Shown: piece by piece, positions 24,640-37,348 of the stretch
Layout: every line of letters starts with the position of its first letter
Position numbering within the stretch: the first letter of the stretch is position 1
NCBI GenBank assembly: GCA_038087875.1
Contig: CM076002.1
Span: 1 to 64,000 of the forward strand
From: Malacoraja senta
Lineage: Eukaryota
Length of the DNA: 64,000 nt
Direction: 5' to 3'
Notes under the pieces: model-generated
What the model saw: only the letters and a program-made list of their open reading frames with translations
Database searches by the model: none
What the model was told of the DNA's origin: nothing
Program-made: the position numbers and the translations under genes

Positions 24640-24961
24640 TCCCTCGTGCCGTGTTACAGGGTGGGGCTGGACATCCACTCTCACACGAGGTATTTGGTGA
24701 CACTGCAGGACCACATCTCCCCCCCACTGTAGGCCTCTGTTGCACTGGAGATATTTGCACCCACCCTGGTCTCCAACTCCCATAACACATGACATTCACA
24801 AGATATATTTGGACAGGTATGTGCATAGGAAATGTTTACAGGAATATGAGGCATCTTGGTCGGCCTGGGCGAATGGCTTGGTTCCGTGCTGTACCCCCTC
24901 ATTGATTTCCCGTTTCCCACCACCCACTGAGTTGGCTAAGAGAGTTTACTGGCCAGATACA

Positions 24962-25330
24962 ATAGACAATAGGTGCAGGAGTAGGCCATTCGGCCCTTCG
25001 AGCCAGCACCGCCATTCAATCTGATCATGGCTGTTCATCCCCAATCAGTACCCCATTCCTGCTTCTCCCCATATCCCCTGACTCCGCTATCTTTAGGAGC
25101 CCTATCTAGCTCTCCCTTGAAAGCATCCAGAGAACCTGCCTCCACCGCCCTCTGAGGCAGAGAATTCCACAGACTCGCCACTCTCTGAGAAAAAGTGTTT
25201 CCTCGTCTCCGTTCTAAATGGCTTACTCCTTATTCTTAAACTGTGGCCCCTGGTTCTGGACTCCCCAACATCGGGAACATGTTTCCTGCCTCTAGCGTGT
25301 CCAAACCCGTAACAATCTTATACGTTTCAA
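24962..25330 (-). mobile_element. CR1 LINE 3' end
   Basis: (CAATAGA)n tail and CR1 3' UTR, similar to 37545-38095 and 61682-62062. Confidence 0.85.
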
Positions 25331-26044
25331 GACATACATCCTCTGCTCCCCCCACTCTGGGGCCGTGGCACCAGCTCTACTCGCTGTGTATGCCAGGGCT
25401 GGTCTTTCTGTGGGTAATGGTCCTTGGTGAAGGAGGTAATGTTCAGCCACACAACACAGAAACAGGCCCAGCGCTTCCATGCCAACCAAGATACCCCATC
25501 TACGCTGGTCCACCTGCCCGTCTTTGGCCCGTACCCCTCTACACCTTTCCTACTCGTATACCTGTGGGGATGTATTTAAATGTTACAGTACCTGCCTCAA
25601 CAACCTCGTCTAGCTGCTCGTTCTACACACCCACCAGGGTGAAAAAGTTGCCCCATGGATTCGAATGAATCTTCCCCCTCACCTTAAACCTATGTCCTTA
25701 GGTTATTGATAAAAAACTCTGTGCATCTACCCGATCTATTCCCCTCATGATTTTATCCTCCTCTATAAGATCACCCCTCATCCTCCTGTGCTCCATGGAA
25801 TAGAGTCCCAGCCTACTCAACCTCTCCCTGTAGCTCAGAGTCTCTAGTCCTGGCAACATCCTCGTAGATCATCTCTGTACCCATTCCAGCTTGACCACAT
25901 CTTTCCGATAACACGGTGACCAAAACTGAACTCAATACTCTAAATGCTTCCTGACTGTTGTCCTGTAGCGTGATCCCCCCCCTGCAGCTGAGCCTGGCGT
26001 AGGGGGTGAACGCAGCGCTCTAACCTCTGCTCCCCCCTGTCCAG

Positions 26045-26193
26045 GGCGCTGAAGACCAAGAGCAACACCCCCAAGTACGGCCTGATCTTCCACTCCACCT
26101 TCATCGGCAGAGCGGCCGCCAAAAACAAGGGCCGCATCTCTCGCTACCTGGCCAACAAATGCACCATCGCCTCCCGCATCGACTGCTTCTCCG
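26045..26193 (+). CDS. NOP56: NOP56 exon 9
   Basis: cag|[49 protein letters not shown]|gttaga, 149 nt. Confidence 0.98.
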
Positions 26194-26420
26194 GTTAGAG
26201 CCTGGGGGACTGCAGGCACGGGGGGGGTTGGTGACTGGATGCGGGGACTGCAGGCACGGGGGGGGGGGTGGTTGGTGACTGGATGCGGGGGCTGCAGGCA
26301 CGGGGGGGGGGGGTGACTGGATGCTGGGGCTGCGGGCGTGGGGGGTGATGGGGCTGGTCGGCAAGGTGGGGGACGACGGGGGGCTGGTTGGTGGGGGGGA
26401 AGAGGGGCAGGACGGGCGGC

Positions 26421-26490
26421 TGCTGTGATGTCGCATTTTTCGTCAACAGCATCTCACTCATGTGAATGTTGACAACCTAGATCTGAGCAC
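26421..26490 (+). ncRNA. SNORD56: box C/D snoRNA SNORD56 in NOP56 intron 9
   Basis: C box GTGATGT 26425-26431, guide ATTTTTCGTCA (anti-18S UGACGAAAAAU) followed by ACAGCA as in human U56, D box CTGA 26483-26486. Confidence 0.9.
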
Positions 26491-26728
26491 CACCTGCCCG
26501 GGGGAGGGGTTGGCGTGCGGTTCCCTCACTCAGGGGTTGTCTGAGGGGAGTCACCATGCCATGGAGGGTTTTGGGGGGAGGGGGTGGGGGTTAATGGAGC
26601 GGCTCCCTGGCCTGGCCTATCCACAAATCCTCACCCGCGTCATACCAGGTGCCCTGCCCCCTCACGGGGTTGGAGGGGGTGGGGGTCACTGGGCCACCCA
26701 CTGAGCCGGCCTGTGTGTCTGTCCACAG

Positions 26729-26850
26729 ACGTCCTCACCAGTGTGTTTGGGCTGAAGCTGCGAGACCAGGTGGAGGAACGACTGGCCTTCTACGAGACCG
26801 GGGAGGCTCCCCGCAAAAACGTCGACGTCATGAAGGAGGCCGCCAGCGAG
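26729..26850 (+). CDS. NOP56: NOP56 exon 10
   Basis: cag|[40 protein letters not shown]|gtgaga, 122 nt. Confidence 0.97.
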
Positions 26851-27624
26851 GTGAGAGAGGGGGGGTCGAGGGTCAGTGGGGTGGGGGGGGGCCCTGTCTT
26901 GCTGCCCTCGGCCCAACAGTGCGGGCATTAAACTGTGTCCCACCACACAGCTACCTGGCGATTCCCCTACACACCTGCCCCTTCTGCTGACTGCCGGGCG
27001 GCCTGGAATATAGTCCCGTCAAATGATCATCCTTTCCTGTTTCTACGTTCTACCTGTGTAGCCTCCACTGGGTGAAGCTCGAAGCATGTCCTCTTTCAAC
27101 ACTAATGTCCTTACAAACCAAAGAGGCAACTCCCCTCTCTCACCTGCCTGTCGTGCCTCGTTAGTGCGGGGGGTAGGGGGAGAAGGCAGGAGAATGGGGT
27201 TAAGGGGGAAGAGATAGATCAGCCATGATTGAAGGGTGGAGTAGACCCCGCTCCCTCTCCCCCCCCCCCCCCCCCCCCACCTGCCTAACCTTGCACTGTG
27301 ACTGGAGTATTTGCTCCCACACTTTCCTCTGCCTGCGTTGTGCTTTGCAACCCTCTCCAGTGTAAACCGGCACGGTGGCAGGTTACTGGTCCCACCTCCA
27401 GCTCAGGTGCAACCCGTCCATCTTACACAGGTCACCTCCTCTGCCGCACCTTCACCTGGCTTTTCCTGTTCCCACTTTCACTGGAGATGTTACTAAAGAT
27501 TATTTTTAAAAGACATGTGGATGAGGTTAGGATATGTGGATGGGGTTAGGGGCATCCTGGCCAGCATGGGGGGGGAGGGTATGGGGAGGTTGGGCTGAAG
27601 GGTCTGTTTCCGTGCCGTGTGACT

Positions 27625-27705
27625 GGATCTGTTGGACATGATGTGAGGTCGACCTGACATATTCTGGAGGGAAAAACTGATTTAATGAGTGATTCCATCA
27701 GATCC
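27625..27705 (+). ncRNA. SNORD57: box C/D snoRNA SNORD57 in NOP56 intron 10
   Basis: C box ATGATGT 27638-27644, D' CTGA, guide AACTGATTTAATGAG (anti-18S CUCAUUAAAUCAGUU), stem GGATCTGTTGGA/TCCATCAGATCC; D box reads GTGA. Confidence 0.82.
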
Positions 27706-27928
27706 GCCTGGCATTGGGGGGGGAGGGGCTGCTTTCTGACCGGGACTGGGAGGGGGGAGATGTGGGTTTGTCTCCCCGAGACATTGGGGGTACAATGGGG
27801 GTGGGGGGTGTCACTATTTTGGGTGAAGACTGGAATGGTCCCCTGTCCCGTTTACACTGGTGCGGGTGGGACTGGTGAGGGGTCTGCACCACACCAGGCT
27901 GGCCCTCTGACCAGCGCTTTGTCTCCAG

Positions 27929-28084
27929 GTAGCTGAGGTGACGGCAAAACTGAAACGCAAACTGGAGAAGAAAGAGAAGAGGAAGAAGAAGAGAGAGAAG
28001 CAGGCGCTGGAGGCTCTGGGGGCCGAGGGGGAGGAAGCCGAGGAGGGAGAGCCGGCGGAGAAGAGGATTAAAACCGACCAACAG
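27929..28084 (+). CDS. NOP56: NOP56 exon 11
   Basis: cag|VAEVTAKLKRKLEKKEKRKKKREKQ...KRIKTDQQ|gtgagt, 156 nt, KKE-rich. Confidence 0.93.
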
Positions 28085-28699
28085 GTGAGTCTGAGGGACA
28101 GGCAAAGCAAGCGCTGCAATCGTTGGCAAAGCACAAAGTGCTGGAGGAACTGTGGGCCGGGCAGCATATGTAGAGGAAACGGAGAGGCGGTGCTTTGGGT
28201 CAGGACCCTTCAATGATCGCCTTGCTCTGGGAAAGATGTTGTCGAGCTGGAAAGGGTACAGAAAAGATTTACGAGGATGTTGCCAGGACTAGAGGGTGTG
28301 AGCTACAGGGAGAGGTTGGGGCAGGCTGGGACTCTATTCTTTGGAGCGCAGGAGGATGAGGGGTGATCTTATAGAGATAGTATAGTACAGTGGTTCGTTC
28401 CTGGGGGTCGTTCGGGGATTTGCCGGGGGTCATGAAGGGGACACAAATAACACATCAATTTGTTGAGCCAATGTTTAGGGACCTAACAAAGGTACATACC
28501 GCATAGTATTTTTGTTTGCGTATGCACGTACTGGTGCCAAAATTGTTAAGAACCACTGGTATAGTGGATAGCAAAGATGGCTGTCAAATATCACAGCAGG
28601 ATCTTGGATCAGCTGGACTGAGGAACGGCAGGACTGACTTAGTGAATGGCATGGGAGGGCTTGGGGCAGGCTGGGACTTGGAGCGCAAGATGATATCGA

Positions 28700-29329
28700 C
28701 AGCTGCCAAGTAGTATGGATTTTCCATATTTTGTACGGAAATGCGATAAGAATGCGAATGTACGGATTTGCTTTGTAAAATACGGATTTTTAAAAAATTG
28801 GCCTGACTTCCTGTTTGATCTTGCTGCCTAAAAAATGCAAGGACAAAGTCAATCTGTAACTAAAAATTATAGCAGATCTATTAGTATTTTAAGAACTGGA
28901 TTATTTTTGTAAACTTTGATCTGCCTGTTTACTTACAAGTTTAAACAGCGCTGTCAGTTTAGCGCGTGGGAATTTAACGAACAACGCTATGGGTTCTAAT
29001 TATAGCGCTACCAGCTGGAGAAAAAAGGAGAGGGGGAGGGCAAGAGAGGAAGGAGGGAGGGAGAGGGCGGCTTCCAAAATGGCTTCTACATCATCATCTG
29101 GTGCTAAAAGCAGGAAGCTGCCGTTCAAACAGCAGTATACAAAGAGATGGCAATGAATGCACTGTCAAGTAAGGTGCATAGAAGACATGTCAATTGGTAG
29201 CAAAGTTATGCATTCTTGTACTCTTACATGGGTATGTCCGTACATAAAAAAACAAAACAAAAAATCAGCAAAATACAGATTTTCAGGTACTAGAATACTG
29301 AAATGCTCTTGACAAAACCTGGCAGCCAT
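28700..29329. mobile_element. non-autonomous DNA transposon (hAT-like), copy 2
   Basis: CAGCTGCCAAGTAGT...CTGGCAGCC; internal sequence colinear with 15916-16652; inserted into a CR1 fragment. Confidence 0.6.
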
Positions 29330-29963
29330 GTATAGAGGTGTACAAGGTCATGAGGGGAATAGATAGGATGGATGCACAGTCTTTTACTCGGGCTAGGGGA
29401 ATCAAGAACCAGTGGACATAGATTTAAGGTCGGGGGGGGGGGGGGGGGGGGAAGGAGAGATTTAATAGGAACCTGAGGGGTAACGTTTTCACAGAGGTGA
29501 TGGCTGTCTAGAATGAGCTCCCAGAGAGGATGTAGTTGAGGTAGGGACTAAGCAGCATTTATAATCCATTTGGCCAGTACATGGATAGGACAGGTTCTGT
29601 GCCCAACACAGACTAGATGGACTAGCGTTGATGGGGCATCTTGGTCAGTGTGGACAGGCTGGGCCGAAGGGCCTGTTCCTGCTCTCTGACTGGGTATTTG
29701 TTTATTATAGTCACGTGTACTGAGATTCAGTGAAAAGCTTTGTGACTACATAAGCACACCAGAAAAGCACCAGAGGGCAGAATATCCTGTTGCGGCTTCC
29801 ATAAGCTAAGGTACTGTCCGATTCCCCCTCCCCCATTACGGACATTGGACTTTGTCTGTGGAACTGATGCGCTACAATGCTGAGAACTATATTCTGTACT
29901 CTGTATCTTCCCCTTTGCTCTACCTATTGTACTTGAGTTTGTCTTGGTTGTGTTTATGTATAA

Positions 29964-30042
29964 CTAGACCAAGTGGGACCCAACCCGTCCTCTCAACGCG
30001 TGGTTGTGGGTGGCCTGCAGCGTCACACACACTAACCACCCC

Positions 30043-30079
<37 letters not shown>

Positions 30080-31333
30080 CCCCCCCTTCATATTATATTA
30101 ATATTATTCATTCGCTCCTTTTACCCCCATCCCCACTCACGCATAGCCCCAACTGCGCAGACACGGCAAGAGAGTGGGGGGGGGTTGAGATTGAGGGGGT
30201 GGGCGCGGCGTCACGGGAGGGCTGGTTCCCGAACGCGATACTCGCCACTCCCTAGAGAGGAACGGGGGAGGCAGCACCTATCCAGGTCAGAGCTGCAGCC
30301 TCCCCACCGGGCGGCGGACCTGAGCGAGGCTGCGGGTGGGCGTGGACCCGGACAAGACGGCGGGCGGGTGGGCGTCGACCCGAGGGCCGTGAGTTCGGCC
30401 GCCGCAGTCTCCAGTCCAGGGCCGATTTCATCTCTGGGCTCATCCTTTCTTCCACTGGCGGCATCTTTTGAATAACCCGGGGGGGGGGTGACGTGACGTC
30501 ACTCAAAGTGCGTGGAAGATTCTGTGTGTGAGACGGCACCGAGCGGAGCCATTGTGATGTCATCAGCAATTAACTTCAGCAACATCAACCGACTCCAACT
30601 GGTCCAGAATGCAGCCGCCCGACTCATCACCCACACCAAATCCTGGCACCACATCACCCCAGTTCTCAAAGAACTTCATTGGCTTCCCATTTCCCACCGG
30701 ATCATCTACAAAATCCTGGTCCTCACCTACAAAGCCCTCAACCACTTGGCCCCCCCTTATCTCACTGACCTCCTCTCCCCCTACCAACCCTCATGGTCCC
30801 TCAGATCCACATCAGCCGGTCTCCTCTCCATTCCGAAATCCAACCTCTGCACTTTTGGAAACAGCCTTCTCCAGGGCAGCTCCCAGGCTCTGGAACTCCC
30901 TCCCACAATTCATCCAAAATTCTGAGTCCCTCACCATCCTCCAGTCCCGCCTCAAGACCCATCTCTTCACCTCTGCATACCCTTAGTCCCATGTCCCCCT
31001 CCCCTCTGCATCTCTGTCTTATTGCTCTATTTTGTTTTGTTCTTGACTCCATGTAAAGCGACTTTGAGTCCTTGAAAAGCGCTATACAAATAAAATGTAT
31101 TATTATTATCAGTGTTTAAAATTCAAAGTCTTCATATTTTTTAACATTTTCAGTAATGTCGAGAAATAAAGCATGAAATGTTCAGATAAGGTGATCCCGG
31201 CCTCAACGGGAAAAATGTCAACCGGCATATGTAAAAATATTATCGTTACCGTGTACTTTTTTCACGAAGATGTAAAGACACACACATATATACAGATAGA
31301 CATGTACAAGATCTGAGTTTAATAAGTATATGA
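29964..31333 (-). mobile_element. non-autonomous Helitron with nested L2 insertion
   Basis: Minus strand starts A|TCATATACTTATT at 31333 and ends ...CTTGGTCTAG|T at 29964; same terminus type as 60236-60991. Confidence 0.55.
30570..31110 (+). mobile_element. L2 LINE 3' fragment
   Basis: RLQLVQNAAARLIT...HITPVLKELHWLPI...APPYL; 3' end AAAGCGCTATACAAATAAA(TAT)n. Confidence 0.9.
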
Positions 31334-31441
31334 TGTAAAACGAGGCTTTTTGTTGAATCTCCGTACCCGTGACAATAATAAACTCCAGCCAGTGTGACAG
31401 CGAGTGTATATCTGATTTCGGCCTCTCCCTCCTCTCTACAG

Positions 31442-31669
31442 GTCACTGATGGGGAGGTGGTGAAGAAGCATAAACAGAAGAAGCAGAAGCTGGAGGAGGA
31501 GGAGGAGGATGCGACGGAAAGCGTGTCCAACGGCATGCAGGAGACCCCCGGCAAAAGCAAGAAGCAGCGGCGGAAACTGCCGGCCGCCGAGCCTGCCGTC
31601 ATCACGCCTGGCAGCAAGAAGAAAAAGAAGAGACACAGCAGTGGAGCGGGCGAGGTGTCCAGCCCCTGA
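31442..31669 (+). CDS. NOP56: NOP56 exon 12 (terminal, K/E-rich tail)
   Basis: cag|VTDGEVVKKHKQKKQKLEEEEED...GSKKKKKRHSSGAGEVSSP*; total spliced CDS is 1671 nt, in frame. Confidence 0.9.
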   Translation, partial: VTDGEVVKKHKQKKQKLEEEEEDATESVSNGMQETPGKSKKQRRKLPAAEPAVITPGSKKKKKRHSSGAGEVSSP

Positions 31670-32008
31670 CCACTGTGCTGGAGGAGGAGGGCGGGGGATC
31701 AAGGATTGGGAACCATCTGACCCAGACTCTGGGGGAGGGTAACATCTCACCCAGACGGTGGGGGAGAGATTGTAACCCCCCTGGAGGGGGGGAGGGGTGA
31801 CTTGCCCCCAGTGATGGCGAGAGCCGAGTGTTGTTGATGGCCCCACGAGCCGGTCGGTCGGTGCCTCCTCTCTGTCTGCAGTGCCTGCCCACATTACCCG
31901 CACAGTCCGTCCGTCCGTCCTCATCCCTGCGACCATGGGCTCTGCTTCAGGGGGAGAGTTTGTGGGCGGATGGTGTCACAACCTGGATGCTTGTAAATAT
32001 GTACAGAC

Positions 32009-32014
32009 AATAAA
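32009..32014 (+). terminator. NOP56 polyadenylation signal
   Basis: AATAAA about 340 nt after the stop, followed by GT-rich sequence. Confidence 0.75.
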
Positions 32015-34029
32015 GTGAAGCTTGACCTTTTCAGACGGAGCTGTGTTGCAGTGTATGGTGTACAGGAGGCATGGGGCCTGGCGATATCCGTGGGACAGAG
32101 GCCGTGTCCGTCCCCATCGCTCGCTCACTGCCCTGTGTATCTTGTTACTGGGGACTTGCTCGTGTGGAATCCAGTGAAGTCTTATTGTGCGCACACACAA
32201 ATGTACACATTGGGCGGTAAGAGTTGCTGCCTCACAGCGCCAGAGACCCGGGTACGGGTGCTGTCTCTAAAGAGTTTGTACGTTCTCCACGTGACCGCGT
32301 GGGTTTCTCCGGGTGCTCTGGTTTCCACACTCCAAAGACATACAGGTTTGTAGGTTAATTGCCCTGGTAAAAGTGTGAATTTGCCCTAGTGGAATTATTT
32401 GCCACAGAAGGCTATAGAGGCCAAGTCAGTGGATACTTTTTAAGGCAGAGATAGATTCTTGATTAGTGCGGGTGTCTGAGGTTATGGGGAGAAGGCAAGA
32501 GAATGGGGTTAGGAGGGAGAGATAGATCAGCCATGATTCAATTATGTAGACTTGATGGGCCAAATGGCCTAATTCCACTATTCCTTATGACCTTGGTGTG
32601 TAGGATGTGCTGGTCGGTGAGGATTCGATGGGCCGAAGGTCCTGTATCTGTAAACTAATTTACAACAGTCCCACCACCGATTGAGTAGATTTGCTGACAC
32701 TGCGCATTCAGTGTGTTTCTCACTCTATCTTGCAGCTTTCAAGTGTTGGGTTCTTACAAATGGAGTCGAGCCTTGGCCATGAACATCCTGGTGGTGTCAT
32801 TGGGTCAGGGATGTATCGCCATGCCTCGTGAAGAGTTTGGGGGGTGGGTGGGGGGGGTTCTGGAACATTCTTGCCTCCGCTGACTCCAACCAGAGGCACA
32901 GTCTGGGCCAGTGGTGTAGGGGCCACAGCTGACGGCCAGTGGGAGGGAGTGACGTGGGGTCATGGATTAATATCACGTGTACCAGCGTAGTGCTGTCCAC
33001 TCATCTGACCTCCTGTCTCCCTCACTCAGCCTATCTTTCATCAGACTTTACTGGATTTTTTCTTGCACTTAATGTCATTTACTGAAAACGTGAAAGTAAT
33101 GAACTAATCCTATCTGCCGATCACTACCCTGAAAGATCCTGCTTTTCAACCTTCTGCTTAGCTCTGTTCACTTTAGGACTGCATACCTTTTTTGATTCGA
33201 TAAAAACTTTATTTATCCCAGGAGGGAAATTGGTCTACTGTCTAAAACATGACAAGATACATGAAATCCAAATGATGAGTACAAAGTCCAGGATTGGGGA
33301 TGTGCAAAGATGGGGGGGGAGAGGGAAGGGGAGTCGTAGAAAAATCAGTGCAGTAGGCCATTCGGCCCTTTGAGCTAGCACCACCTTTTAATATGATCAT
33401 CGCTGCTCATCTAAAATCAGTACCCCATTCTGGCCTTTCCCCCCATATCACTTGATTCCTTTAGCCCCTAAGCTAAATTTAACTCTTGAAAACATCCAGT
33501 GAATTGGCCTCCACTGCCTTCTATGGCAGAGAATTCCACAGATTCACAACTCTGGGTGAAAATATTTGTCCTTGTTTCAGTCTGAAATGGGCTATCCCTT
33601 ATTCTTAAACTGTGACCCCTGGTTTTGGACTCTTTCCCCCCACCCCCACCCCAACATCGAGTCAGTCTACCTGACAGAAGGGGAGTTGTACAGTTTGATA
33701 GCCACAAGGAAGAAGGATCTCCTGTGGCTTTCTGTCCTGCATCTTGGTGGAACCAGTCTGTTGCTGAAGGCGCTCCTCAGGTTGACCAGTGTGTCATGGA
33801 GGGGGTGAGCTGTATTGTCCAGGATGCTCCACAGTTTGAGGAGCATCCTCCCCTCCAAGACCACCTCCCATGAATCCAACTCCGCCCCCAGGACGGAGCC
33901 AGCCTTCCTGATGAGTTTGTTGATCCTATTGGCGTCCGCAGCCTTCGCTCTGCTGAAAAAAATGCTGGAGAAGCTCAGCGGGTGAGGCAGCATCTTTGGA
34001 GAGAAGGAATAGGCGACGTTTCGGGTCAG

Positions 34030-36010
34030 ATTCCTATTAAATCTTTTCCCCTTCACCTTAAACCTATGTTCTCTGGTGCTCGATTCACCTACTCTGGGCA
34101 AGTGACTGCATCTACCCGATCTATTCCTCATGATTTTATATACCTCTATAAGATCAACCCTCGTCCTCCTGCGCTCCATGAAATAGAGACCTAGCCAACT
34201 CAACCTCTCCCTATAGCTCACACCCTCTAGTCCTGGCAACATCCTCGTTAAAATCTTTGAACTCTTTCAGGCTTGATAATATCTTTCCTATAACATGGTT
34301 CTCAGAACTGAACACAATATTCTAAATGCAGTCTTCTACAACTGCAACATGACCTCCCAACTTCTACTCTGACTGATGAAGGCCAAAATGCCAAAAGCCT
34401 TTTTGACCACCTTATCTACCTGTGACTCGACCTTCAAAGAACCATGCACCTGTACTCCTAGATCCCTCTGCTCTACAACACTACCCAGAGACCTACCATT
34501 TACTGTGTGGGTTCTGCCCTTGTTCGATGTCCCAAAACGCAACACCTCACACTTCTCTGTATTAAATTCCATCAACCATTCCTCCGCCCACCTGGCCAAT
34601 CGATCCAGATCCTGCTGCAATCGTTCACAACCATCTTCACTATCTGCAAAACCACTCACTTTTGTATCATCGCAAACTTGCTAATCTTGCCCTGTATGTT
34701 CTCATCCAAATCATTGATGTAGATGACAAACAGTAAAGGGCCCAGCACCGAACCCTGAGGCACACCACTAGTAACAGGCCTCCGTTCTGAGAAGCAACTT
34801 TCCACCATCACCCTCTGCTTCCTTCCATGGAACCAATTTGCTATCCATTCAGCCATCTTTCCTTGGATCCCATGAGATCTAACCTTCCAGAGCAGCTTTG
34901 TCGAATGCCTTACTAAAGTCCATGTACATATCTACAGCTTTGCCTTCGTCGACCTTTTCGCTCACGTCTTCAAAAAACTCAGATTTGTGAGACACGACCT
35001 CCTGCGTACAAAACCATGCTGACTGTCCCTAATCAGCCCTTGCCCATCCAAATGCCTGTATATCCAATCCCTCGGAATATTCTCCAGTAACTTATCAACC
35101 ACAGATGTTAAGCTCACCGGCCTATAGTTCCCAGCACTTTCCCTGCAGCCCATCTTGAAAAGAGGCACAACATTTTCCACCCTCCAGTCTTCCAGCACCT
35201 CTCCTGTATTTAAGGACGACTCATAAATTTCAACCAGCTCCCGCAATTTCCTCTCCAGTTTGCCGCAATGTCCTTGGATATATCAGATCAGGCCCTGGAG
35301 GTTCGTCTACCTTCAAACACGACAGTACCTTCAGTACTTCCTCGACGGTAACCCTGACTGCTCTCGTACTTCCAGTGACTGCTGCAATTTCCTCCATCCT
35401 ACTGTCTTTCTCCTCGGTAAATACAGAGGACCTTGCCCATCTCCTATGGCTCCACACAGAGGTGACCGCTTTTATTCATGAGAGGTCCCACTCTCTCTAG
35501 TTACCCTTTTCCTCCTTATGTATTTATAAAATCTTTTGCGATTGTCATTTATACTACCTGCCAGAGCTATCTCCTGGCCCCTTTTTGCCCTTCTGATTTC
35601 CTTTTTTAGTTTACGCCTTAGTTCCCGAAACTCCTCCAGGGATGCACTTGATCCCAGCCGCCTATACCTGTCCCATGCATCCTTCTTGTTTTTGACTAAT
35701 GTCTCAATTTCCCTCGTCAGCCAAGCTTCCTTACATTTGCCTGCTTTGCCCTTCACTCTAACGGGGACGTACACATCCTGAGCTCTCTTCAGTACACTTT
35801 TAAAAACATCCTATTTGGCCGATGTTCCTTTCACCTCGAATAACCTGCTCCAGTCAACTTGAGCGAGACCTTCTCTCATACCCTCAAAGTTGGCCTTACC
35901 CCAGTTGAGCATTTTAACACGTGGACCCTCTCCGTCCCGATCCTTAACTATCTTAAACCTAATCGAACTGTGGTCACTGGTCCCAAAAGGCTCCTCCACG
36001 AACACTTCAT
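34030..36010 (-). mobile_element. CR1 LINE ORF2 remnant (endonuclease end to RT), disrupted
   Basis: TSDH, GNYRPVSLTSV, QHGF, TSGVPQGSVLGP motifs spread across frameshifted ORFs. Confidence 0.92.
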
Positions 36011-36279
36011 TAGCCATGATTGAATGGTGGAATGGACTTGATTATTAAGTGGTCTACGCCTGCACCTATTGTCTGTATCGATTACGGGCCGAATGGTCTA
36101 ATTCTACTAATGTCCTGATAATCACAGACTTGTCCCACTCCGGTCATTCCATCTTCTCCCCTCTCCCGTCCAGCAAAAGGTGCAGAAGCTTGAAAGCGCG
36201 CGCCACCAGACTCAGGAACAGCTTCTTCCCCACTGCTATCACCCATTCACTAGAGGGCATTGGCTTAAAGTAAGGTAGT

Positions 36280-36875
36280 TTAGTTTAGAGATACAGTGCG
36301 GAAACAGGCCCACTCGGTCCGCGCCGACCAGCGATCCCCGCACATTAACACTATCCTATACCCACTCGGGACAATTTTTACATTTCACCAAGCCAATTAA
36401 CCTACATACCTGTACGTCTTTGGAGTGTGGGAGGAAACCGAAGATCTCGTAGAAAACCCACGCAGGTCATGGGGAGAAGGTACAAACTCCGTACAGACAG
36501 CACCCGTAGTCAGGATCGAGCCTGTGTCTCCGGCACTGCATTCGCTGTGAGGCAGCAACTCTACCACTGCGCCACTGTAAGAGGGCAACTTTGTTTAGTT
36601 TATTCATGTGTACAGTGAAAAGCTGTTGCTGTTTAGTTTAATTTAGAGATACAGTGTGGAAACAGGCCCTTTGGCCCACCTGGTCTGTGCCAACCAGCGA
36701 TCCCCGCACATTAACATGACCCTACACACACTAGCGACAATTTACATTTATACCAAACCAATTAACCTACAAACCTGTACGACTTTGGAGTGCGGGAGGA
36801 AACCCATGTGGTCACGGGGAAAACGTACAAACTCCGTACAGACAGCACCCGTAGTCGGGATGGAACCTGGGTCTC
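36280..36875 (-). mobile_element. two tRNA-derived SINE copies
   Basis: Minus strand GTGGCGCAGTGGTAGAGTTGCTGCCTCACAGC...GGCTCGATCCTGACT (A/B-box head), (CTAAA)n tail; second copy is 5'-truncated. Confidence 0.75.
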
Positions 36876-37056
36876 CGGATGGGGAAACTGGGGAATGGAT
36901 GAGAAAGTGGGATAGCAGAACGAGTGTGGATAGGTGATTGTGGACTGATGGGCCAGTTTCTGTGCTGCATCAACCAAGGGCCTGTCTACCCCACCTCACA
37001 GCTCTGGCTACAAAGCCTACAGGCTAACACAAAGCAGTCCGCTGCCCCCTCGACTC

Positions 37057-37062
37057 TTTATT
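37057..37062 (-). terminator. IDH3B polyadenylation signal
   Basis: TTTATT on + (AATAAA on -) about 210 nt past the stop. Confidence 0.7.
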
Positions 37063-37270
37063 CACATTAGACAGGGTTACAACACAGACAAGAGGACCAC
37101 GACTGGTCCGGCGGGGCCACAACTACAGACACAAGGCTGTTGCCTGCTGGAATCTGGAGTAACCCAGCGCTGCAGGCAGCCTCAGAAGAACATGGACAGG
37201 TGACGTTTCGGCTTGGGACAACTTCTGGAGGGTGGAGAGAGCGGGGAGGGGAGGGGGACTCCCCCGGTGA

Positions 37271-37348
37271 TCAGCTTCCGAGGTTGGTGATCACAGCCGC
37301 TGTAAACTCGGCCGAGGTGGAGTATCCGCCCATGTCGTATGTCCGTAC
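37271..37348 (-). CDS. IDH3B: IDH3B terminal exon 12
   Basis: tag|VRTYDMGGYSTSAEFTAAVITNLGS*. Confidence 0.93.
   Translation of the reverse strand, partial: VRTYDMGGYSTSAEFTAAVITNLGS

Noticed and set aside
32720..33000. Possible alternative IDH3B last exon
   Set aside because: No frame resembles VRTxDMGG and no clear acceptor was found
36500..36577. tRNA gene
   Set aside because: tRNA-like head continues into a SINE body and tail, with several copies in the window
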